64,000 nucleotides of DNA from Candidatus Omnitrophota bacterium (GTDB lineage Bacteria; Omnitrophota; Gorgyraeia; 2-01-FULL-45-10), in NCBI GenBank assembly GCA_030695905.1, contig JAUYOL010000004.1, forward strand, positions 2,874-66,873. Direction: 5' to 3'. Both the position numbers and the translations under genes were made by a program. Shown piece by piece: positions 56,140 to 64,000 of the stretch. Position 1 is the first letter of the stretch. Every line of letters starts with the position of its first letter. The notes beneath the pieces were generated by a model. The model ran no database searches. It was not told the DNA's origin and saw only the letters and a program-made list of their open reading frames with translations.

Positions 56140-57378
56140 ATGAAGAAGCAGGGCAAGATTTACATACTTGATGTTACGAACAGAGACGGTGTGCAGACAT
56201 CCAGGCTGGGTCTGGCAAAACTACAAAAGACGATGATCAATATCTACCTGAATGAAATGGGTGTCGCGCAGTCTGAGTTTGGTTTTCCGGTTACGCGCCA
56301 TGAAACAAATTATCTTAACGCCAACCTTGAGCTTGCTAAGATGGGTGTGCTAAAGCCTATAGTTTTAAGCGGCTGGATCAGGGCGATAAAAGAAGATGTC
56401 GAAAAGGCGTGCAAGATGACGAAGATCGAAAATCTTAACCTTTCGATATCTACATCCGATCAGATGATAGGTGGAAAGTTTCAGGGTAAATATACAAAAG
56501 ATGATGTTATAAAAGAGATGACGGAAGCCGTACGCACCGCGCGTAAGCTCGGTGTAAAACTTATCGGCGTAAATTCCGAAGACGCCTCAAGGACACGCAT
56601 AGACTATCTTATAAAATTTGCCAGAGCCGCGAAGAAAGCAGGCGCTGACAGGATCCGCTATTGTGACACGCTTGGGTATGACGACCCATTTTCGATTTAT
56701 GACAGGATAAAGATCCTGGCAGAGGAAGTTAAACTTCCCATAGAATTGCATTGCCATAATGATCTGGGTATGGCCGTCGCCTGTTCGGTTGCGGGCGCGA
56801 AAGCCGCCATAGATGCGGGTGTAAACGCTTATATCAATACCACGGTCAATGGCATGGGCGAAAGAGCGGGTAATGCCGATCTGGTGAGCGTAATACTGGC
56901 GATAAAATATTCCAGCGGTCTGCGGGATAAGTATATTTTGGACGAGAGAATAAAGCTCTCCTGCGCATGGAAGATAGCGAAATACGCATCATATGCTTTT
57001 GGTGTGCCGCTGCCGATAAATCAGCCGGGTGTGGGGGCCAATGCTTTTGCGCACGAATCCGGTATACACGCGGATGGCGCTTTGAAGGATAGAAGAAATT
57101 ATGAATTGTATGATTTTGAAGAGCTGGGCCGGGGAGAACCAGAACTGATAGAGACCGGCAGGCAGATTACCGCCGGAGAATATAGCGGTATAAAAGGCTT
57201 CAGGAACGTTTATGAAAAGCTCGAGATAAAATTTAAAGATGAAAAAGACGCCGCAAAGATCCTGGAGCTTGTTCGCTATGCGAACGTCCACACCCAGAGG
57301 CCTCTCACAGAAGATGAGTTAAGGTTTATTGCGACCTATCCAGAAATCGCGCGTAAAATATTTACGATGACCCCATAA
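56140..57378 (+). CDS. HMGL-like (pyruvate carboxyltransferase) family synthase. It is 2-isopropylmalate/homocitrate/citramalate synthase-like, and the substrate is unclear.
   Basis: YILDVTNRDGVQTS corresponds to the DTTLRDGEQ motif. Has the TIM-barrel HxH region (ELHCHNDLGMAVA). Confidence 0.6.
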   Translation: MKKQGKIYILDVTNRDGVQTSRLGLAKLQKTMINIYLNEMGVAQSEFGFPVTRHETNYLNANLELAKMGVLKPIVLSGWIRAIKEDVEKACKMTKIENLNLSISTSDQMIGGKFQGKYTKDDVIKEMTEAVRTARKLGVKLIGVNSEDASRTRIDYLIKFARAAKKAGADRIRYCDTLGYDDPFSIYDRIKILAEEVKLPIELHCHNDLGMAVACSVAGAKAAIDAGVNAYINTTVNGMGERAGNADLVSVILAIKYSSGLRDKYILDERIKLSCAWKIAKYASYAFGVPLPINQPGVGANAFAHESGIHADGALKDRRNYELYDFEELGRGEPELIETGRQITAGEYSGIKGFRNVYEKLEIKFKDEKDAAKILELVRYANVHTQRPLTEDELRFIATYPEIARKIFTMTP

Positions 57379-57395
57379 TATAAGGAGGGTGAGTC

Positions 57396-58028
57396 ATGAG
57401 GAAGATGCTTTTTTTTGCAGCAGCTATGATTATTGTATCGGTTCTGTTTTTAGATATGGCTAAATGCGAAGAAAAAAAACAATCCGGTCAGGCGCCTGAA
57501 AGAATGAGCGTGCTGGACAGGATCAAAAAAAGTTATAACGATTTTAGGAATCGCGGCCAAGTGAAAAAAGCGAGCGTTCCTGTGCCGGCGCCTATAGCCA
57601 AAAAAGAAGAGAAGAAAAAGCCCGCCACCAAAGAAGAATTGCTGCAAGATATTAAAGATGACCTCAAGACGCAGGAAGAGATACTTGAGGCTATGCCTTC
57701 TCTAAAGGCGGAAAAAGACAGCGAAGGAAAAGTGTTCTACGCATTCAATGGCGTAAAAATAGATGACATGAGCAAGGAGGAATTGGAGCAGCTGTTCAGC
57801 AAAGTTGGGCAATTAGCTGTAAAATTCAGGACAGAAAGAATACAGAGGCAGTTAGATACGGTAAGACAGGCTAATCAGGGCGGGCCGGGTAGAGTCCCTG
57901 TGGCAGCGCCTTCCGCGCCTCAATCCCTGCGTGCCCCAACGCTGCCAGCACCCCCAAGAGCATCGGCACCACCGCCAGCTCCGCCAAGAGCATCGGCACC
58001 ACCGCCAGCTCCGCCTTCGCGAAGGTAA
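57396..58028 (+). CDS. Secreted protein with Pro/Ala-rich C-terminal tandem repeat tail
   Basis: Has a signal peptide (MRKMLFFAAAMIIVSVLF). A KE-rich middle region is followed by ...LPAPPRASAPPPAPPRASAPPPAPPSRR at the C-terminus. Confidence 0.55.
   Translation: MRKMLFFAAAMIIVSVLFLDMAKCEEKKQSGQAPERMSVLDRIKKSYNDFRNRGQVKKASVPVPAPIAKKEEKKKPATKEELLQDIKDDLKTQEEILEAMPSLKAEKDSEGKVFYAFNGVKIDDMSKEELEQLFSKVGQLAVKFRTERIQRQLDTVRQANQGGPGRVPVAAPSAPQSLRAPTLPAPPRASAPPPAPPRASAPPPAPPSRR
57954..58013 (+). repeat. Perfect 30-bp tandem duplication (CCAAGAGCATCGGCACCACCGCCAGCTCCG x2, plus a degenerate third copy upstream) inside the Pro-rich protein gene
   Basis: The repeat was read directly from the sequence. 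It is a GC-rich island in an AT-rich genome. Confidence 0.85.
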
Positions 58029-58038
58029 TGGATAATAA

Positions 58039-59316
<1,278 letters not shown>

Positions 59317-59338
59317 CCTTCTTTAAATTTCGATCAAA

Positions 59339-60037
59339 ATGTCTAATACACCAGAACACGTCGCGATCATAATGGACGGTAACGGCAGGTGGGCGAGGAA
59401 AAGAGGCCTGCCTAAAATAGCCGGGCACCGCGCCGGCGCAAAGTCGGTTAGGGAAGTTATCAAGGCCGCTAAAGAGTCCGGTGTAAAGATCCTTACCTTA
59501 TATACATTCTCCACAGAAAACTGGAAGAGGCCTAAACATGAAGTGGCCGCGCTCTTCAAATTACTCGAAGATTATCTATGCAAAGAGATTGAATCCTTTC
59601 ATAAAAATGATATAAAACTATCGGTTATAGGCAGGATGGAAGAGCTGCCTGAGAACACGCAAAGAAAGTTGGCGGATGTTATTAATAAGACAAAAGATAA
59701 TAAATCCCTGATATTAAATCTGGCGCTGAACTATGGGAGCAGGACTGAAATATTGGATGCCGTGCGCAAGATAGCGGATGACTGCGTCTTGGGAAGGCTC
59801 AAGGCGGACCAGGTGGACGAAAAAACCTTTAGCAGATATCTTTATACAAAGGATCTTCCGGACCCCGACCTTTTAATAAGAACCTCCGGGGAGATGAGGG
59901 TATCAAATTTTCTTTTATGGCAGATATCGTACGCGGAATTATATGTGACAAGTAAGCTTTGGCCTGATTTCAGATCGTCCGATTTTAAGAAGGCGGTAAA
60001 AGAGTATCAGGACAGGGAGAGAAGATATGGCGGATAA
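59339..60037 (+). CDS. uppS: Undecaprenyl-diphosphate synthase (cis-prenyltransferase)
   Basis: Has HVAIIMDGNGRWA and FSTENWKRP motifs. Confidence 0.92.
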   Translation: MSNTPEHVAIIMDGNGRWARKRGLPKIAGHRAGAKSVREVIKAAKESGVKILTLYTFSTENWKRPKHEVAALFKLLEDYLCKEIESFHKNDIKLSVIGRMEELPENTQRKLADVINKTKDNKSLILNLALNYGSRTEILDAVRKIADDCVLGRLKADQVDEKTFSRYLYTKDLPDPDLLIRTSGEMRVSNFLLWQISYAELYVTSKLWPDFRSSDFKKAVKEYQDRERRYGG

Positions 60038-60848
60038 TAGTTCCCTGGGCAAAAGAGTTGTAAGTTCCGTAATAATACTTACTCTGGTGGGGCTCGTTAT
60101 ATTTTGTTTTCCGAATTGGGTCTTCGCGCTGCTTGCCTGCGCGATGATAGGCCTTGGGTTATGGGAATTTTTCAGCCTCGCGGAGAAGAAGGGTATATTC
60201 GTCTATAAATATTTTGGCATACTTATAGGTATGCTCGTTCCGGTAATAATATATTTTCAAATGGGTATGGAAGGCTATGTCACGACCGAGCCATTTATTA
60301 TAGTGATAGCGTGTCTATTCACATTCGTTCTTTTATTTACAAGAAGGGAAAACTCACAGGCTCTTGCCAGCGTAGCGGTGACGATGTTCGGCCTTTTATA
60401 CATAGCATGGTTCTTTTCATTTTTTATAAAACTGAAGTTTCTGCCGCAAGGGTCATTATTGGTGGTCTTTTTGATAGTTGTAACCAAGATGGGTGATGTA
60501 GGAGCGTATTTTATAGGAAAATCTTTCGGTAAACACAGTCTTATACCGCGCATCAGCCCCAATAAAACCGTTGAGGGGACAATAGGAGGCCTGCTTTTCA
60601 GCGTAGGCAGCGCCCTTGCGGGCAAACTATATCTTCCCAATTTTTCATTTGCGCATCTTTTGACCTTAGGGTTTCTATTGGGGATACTGGCGCAGATGGG
60701 AGACCTTGCCGAGTCGCTTATAAAAAGAGATTGTTCGGTCAAGGACGCCAGTGGCAGCATACCAGGATTCGGAGGCATGCTCGATATTATAGATAGTCTT
60801 ATCTTCACCGTCCCCATATTTTATTTTTACGTAAAGGTGCTGGTTTAA
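60027..60848 (+). CDS. cdsA: Phosphatidate cytidylyltransferase
   Basis: Polytopic membrane protein with the C-terminal CDS signature region (SLIKRDCSVKDASGSIPGFGGMLD). Confidence 0.85.
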   Translation: MADNSSLGKRVVSSVIILTLVGLVIFCFPNWVFALLACAMIGLGLWEFFSLAEKKGIFVYKYFGILIGMLVPVIIYFQMGMEGYVTTEPFIIVIACLFTFVLLFTRRENSQALASVAVTMFGLLYIAWFFSFFIKLKFLPQGSLLVVFLIVVTKMGDVGAYFIGKSFGKHSLIPRISPNKTVEGTIGGLLFSVGSALAGKLYLPNFSFAHLLTLGFLLGILAQMGDLAESLIKRDCSVKDASGSIPGFGGMLDIIDSLIFTVPIFYFYVKVLV

Positions 60849-62000
60849 ATGCCAAGAAGAATTGCCATCCTCGGCTCGACGGGCTCAATAGGAGTTAATG
60901 CGTTAAAGGTAGCGTCTTCCCTCGGTAAAGAGGTAGAAATTATCGCCCTTTCCGCCGATTCCAATATAAAGGTGTTAGCCCGGCAGGTTAATATTTTTAA
61001 TCCCAAGGTAATATGCGTAAGGGATGGATCTTATGCGCAAAAAATAAAAAAAATAATCCCTTCGTGTGTAAAAGTGCTCTGCGGCAATGACGGCCTCGAA
61101 GAAATAGCTTCAAGAGCAGATATCGATACGGTTCTATTCGCTATAAGCGGCTTATCATGCACTAAACCCTTGATAAAGGCCATAGAAAGCAAAAAAAAGA
61201 TAGCCCTTGCCAATAAAGAAGCGCTGGTAAGCGCGGGCTCTATCATAATGCGCCTTGCAAAAGAGAATGGCGTTAATATCATACCGATAGATAGCGAACA
61301 TAGCGCGATATTTCAGTGCCTGGAAGGCAAAAGAGAGTATCTGAAGAAGCTCTATCTTACAGCCACCGGAGGGCCGCTTCGCGATATTCCAAAAAGCAGG
61401 TTTGATAGGTTATCCCCCAATTTTATTCTAAATCACCCTAAGTGGAAGATGGGTAAAAAAATATCAGTAGATTCAGCGACTATGATGAATAAAGGACTGG
61501 AGATTATTGAGGCTAAATGGCTTTTTGACGTGGACGCAGGCGATATTGAGGTCGTAGTGCATCCCGAAGCTATAATACATTCGATGATAAGTCTTATAGA
61601 CGGCACTTTTTTCGCTCAATTGAGCGTTCCGGACATGCGCCTTCCGATTCAGTATGCGATAACATATCCGGTCCGCTTTGATACAAAATTGAGAAGTTTG
61701 AATTTTTCGCAGATAAGGAGTCTTTCGCTGGAAAGACCCGATACGAAGAAATTTCCGTGTCTTAACCTTGCGCAAAGAGCGCTTGAGATGGCAGGAGTGT
61801 ATCCGGCGCTTCTCAATGCCGCCAATGAGGAGGCTGTGAAAAAATATTTGGAATGTAAAATTAAATTTAGCCGCATACCTTATATAATAGAGAAGGTGCT
61901 GGCCGGATACACCGGCTCAAAGATAAAGGAATTATCGTTGAATGAAATAATCGGTGCGGAATGTTGGGCAAGAGAGGAGGCCTTAAGACTTTGTCATTAA
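60849..62000 (+). CDS. dxr: 1-deoxy-D-xylulose 5-phosphate reductoisomerase
   Basis: IAILGSTGSIGVNAL is the NADPH-binding motif. The gene is 383 aa and sits in the uppS-cdsA-dxr-rseP order. Confidence 0.92.
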   Translation: MPRRIAILGSTGSIGVNALKVASSLGKEVEIIALSADSNIKVLARQVNIFNPKVICVRDGSYAQKIKKIIPSCVKVLCGNDGLEEIASRADIDTVLFAISGLSCTKPLIKAIESKKKIALANKEALVSAGSIIMRLAKENGVNIIPIDSEHSAIFQCLEGKREYLKKLYLTATGGPLRDIPKSRFDRLSPNFILNHPKWKMGKKISVDSATMMNKGLEIIEAKWLFDVDAGDIEVVVHPEAIIHSMISLIDGTFFAQLSVPDMRLPIQYAITYPVRFDTKLRSLNFSQIRSLSLERPDTKKFPCLNLAQRALEMAGVYPALLNAANEEAVKKYLECKIKFSRIPYIIEKVLAGYTGSKIKELSLNEIIGAECWAREEALRLCH

Positions 62001-63070
62001 TCTATTTTTTGATCGTATTAAGCATCCTGGTTTTGATACATGAATTCGGCCATTTTATCGTGGCAAAAAAATTGGGTGTGCGTGTAGAAAAATTTTCTTT
62101 TGGTTTTGGCCCGAAGCTTTTTTCCATCAAAAAGGGCGAAACAGAGTATCTGATATCCGCGATTCCTTTGGGTGGATATGTGAAGATGGCCGGAGACGAG
62201 CCTGGCGAGGCATTAAAGGGCGAAAGATGCGAATTTTTATCGAGATCGATACTGGATCGCTTCAATATAATATTCGCGGGCCCACTTTTAAACTATATCC
62301 TGGCATTCGTAATATTCTCTGTTATATTTATGTTCGGAAGCCCTACTCTTACCACAGAGGTAGGGTCTCTCATGAACGACTATCCCGCGGCCAAGAGCGG
62401 TATATCTATAGGGGATAGAGTAATGCAGATAGACGGTAAAAGTGTCAAATACTGGGAAGATATGACGGCTATTATACATAAGCATCTGGATGGCCCCATA
62501 AAGTTGAAGATCCAGAGAAAGGATGCAATTGTAGATTTTGAGATACAGCCCGTCATCCGTGACATGAAAGATATCTTCGGCAAGACAAATAGAATTGCCC
62601 TTCTTGGCATAGCGCCGTCACAGAAGATAGAAAATGTTAAGTATGGATTTTTCGACGCGTTTGGAATGGGTTTTAAGAAGCTCGTGGACCTCACTGTTAT
62701 AACCTACAGGGCGTTGTGGTCAATAATATGCGGCAAGATGTCGCTTAAAGAGTCTATGACGGGTCCTATAGGTATATTTATAATAACGGGTAAGGCGGCG
62801 CAGATGGGCCTGATATATCTTGTGCATCTTATGGGGCTATTGAGCGCGTCTCTTGCGATATTTAATTTGTTGCCTCTGCCTGTGCTTGACGGGGGGCATA
62901 TATTGTTTCTCGCGATAGAGAAGTTGAGGGGGAAGCCTCTTTCTATGAAGACCCAGGAAGTTATCGCAAATGTCGGGGTGGCCTTTCTGATATTATTAAC
63001 GGTATTTATATTTTACAATGACATAATAAAGTTCGGTGTGTTTAAAAATATGGCTAAATTTTTCAAATGA
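61961..63070 (+). CDS. rseP: RIP metalloprotease RseP (site-2 protease, HExxH plus PDZ)
   Basis: Has HEFGHF, a PDZ segment, and a C-terminal LDGG motif (NLLPLPVLDGGHILF). Confidence 0.88.
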   Translation: MLGKRGGLKTLSLIYFLIVLSILVLIHEFGHFIVAKKLGVRVEKFSFGFGPKLFSIKKGETEYLISAIPLGGYVKMAGDEPGEALKGERCEFLSRSILDRFNIIFAGPLLNYILAFVIFSVIFMFGSPTLTTEVGSLMNDYPAAKSGISIGDRVMQIDGKSVKYWEDMTAIIHKHLDGPIKLKIQRKDAIVDFEIQPVIRDMKDIFGKTNRIALLGIAPSQKIENVKYGFFDAFGMGFKKLVDLTVITYRALWSIICGKMSLKESMTGPIGIFIITGKAAQMGLIYLVHLMGLLSASLAIFNLLPLPVLDGGHILFLAIEKLRGKPLSMKTQEVIANVGVAFLILLTVFIFYNDIIKFGVFKNMAKFFK

Positions 63071-64000
63071 TAACCAGACGCAAAACAAGACAGGTTAAAG
63101 TCGGGAATGTAAAGATAGGAGGCAACGCGTCCGTATCGATACAGTCGATGGCGAAGTTTGACACATCTAACGTGGCAAGAGTTGTATCTCAGATTGAGGG
63201 CCTTGAAAAATGCGGATGTGAGATCATAAGAGTCGCGGTCAAGACAACCGAAGACGCGAAGGCGATCAAAGAGATAAAGAAGAAAATAGGCATACCGCTC
63301 GTTGCGGATATCCATTTTGATTATAGACTGGCGCTCGAGTCCATAAAAAGCGGCGCGGATAAGATACGCCTTAATCCCGGGAATATGAAGAATCGCGACG
63401 AGATTGCGCAGGTAGTGCGGGCCGCGAAGAAGGCAAGGATACCGATAAGGATTGGCGTCAATTCAGGATCGACATCGTGCGACTTCGTTGATTCGGCGTT
63501 AAAATACGTCAAATTATTTGAGGATTTGGATTTTCATGATATAATCATCTCTCTTAAAGGATCGGATGTTTCACAGACCGTAGAAGCTTATAGGAGAATA
63601 TCGAAGCGGTGTGATTACCCACTGCATCTGGGTGTTACGGCTTCCGGTCCATACGATTGCGGTATAATAAAGTCATCGATAGGGATAGGTACGCTGCTTT
63701 TAGACGGCATAGGGGATACTATAAGAGTATCATTGACGGCCGAGCCCAAAACCGAAGTGGTGGCGGCAAAGAGAATTTTAAGCTCTTTAGGCTTGAGGAA
63801 ATTCGGTCCGGAAATTATTTCGTGCCCTACATGCGGCCGCTGTCAGGTGGATCTTGTGAGCATAGTCCAGGAGTTAGAGGATGAGTTTGCGGCCTATGGC
63901 TCAAAGTCCAAAACAAAGAAGCCCGTAACAATAGCGGTGATGGGTTGCGAAGTGAATGGGCCCGGCGAAGCCAGTCAGGCCGATATAGGGATAGCATTCG
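63067..64000 (+). CDS. ispG: 4-hydroxy-3-methylbut-2-enyl diphosphate synthase IspG/GcpE, 3'-truncated by the window edge
   Basis: The N-terminus is TRQVKVGNVKIGGNASVSIQSM, followed by the TIM-barrel region. The frame is open to the window end. The ATG overlaps the rseP stop as ATGA. Confidence 0.88.
   Translation, partial: MITRRKTRQVKVGNVKIGGNASVSIQSMAKFDTSNVARVVSQIEGLEKCGCEIIRVAVKTTEDAKAIKEIKKKIGIPLVADIHFDYRLALESIKSGADKIRLNPGNMKNRDEIAQVVRAAKKARIPIRIGVNSGSTSCDFVDSALKYVKLFEDLDFHDIIISLKGSDVSQTVEAYRRISKRCDYPLHLGVTASGPYDCGIIKSSIGIGTLLLDGIGDTIRVSLTAEPKTEVVAAKRILSSLGLRKFGPEIISCPTCGRCQVDLVSIVQELEDEFAAYGSKSKTKKPVTIAVMGCEVNGPGEASQADIGIAF

Overview
This is about 64 kb of a low-GC (roughly 40-45% by eye) Gram-negative-type bacterial chromosome. 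Every credible gene is on the + strand. Genes are tightly packed, many overlapping by 4 nt at ATGA or TGATG junctions, and all long minus-strand ORFs look like antisense shadows. The gene order runs as follows. (1) The end of the macromolecular-synthesis operon (dnaG partial, rpoD). (2) A tRNA-Met/tRNA-Val pair behind a consensus sigma-70 promoter. (3) A COG1579 Zn-ribbon protein, rnhA, and an unannotated type-A RNase P RNA (rnpB) with an intrinsic terminator. (4) A near-complete division/cell-wall (dcw) cluster, mraZ to ftsA, that ends without ftsZ. (5) Seven accessory-like genes: a PilZ-domain protein, a ferredoxin-nitroreductase, a membrane protein, a PEBP-family protein, secreted hypotheticals and a YkgJ-family protein. 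(6) yggS-proC-yggT-mtnP-ileS-traR/dksA-like-lspA. (7) A long LPS region: waaA, lpxK, an LpxL-ELM1 fusion, a 200-nt GC-rich hairpin element, a GT4-GT9 fusion, a GT4 glycosyltransferase, a CE4 deacetylase, three tandem GT9 heptosyltransferases, a deoxyhypusine-synthase-like protein, an HldE-kinase-only gene, kdsBADC, a second lpxL, lptC/A-like and lptB. (8) Housekeeping genes: tig, clpP, a serC-like aminotransferase, serA, an HMGL-like synthase, a Pro-rich repeat protein, purA, uppS-cdsA-dxr-rseP, and ispG (partial). I found no CRISPR array, IS element, prophage or recognisable defence system, so this is mostly core genome. The second-look items are listed in the findings. Everything rests on reading the sequence, the supplied ORF translations and recalled family motifs; no searches were run.
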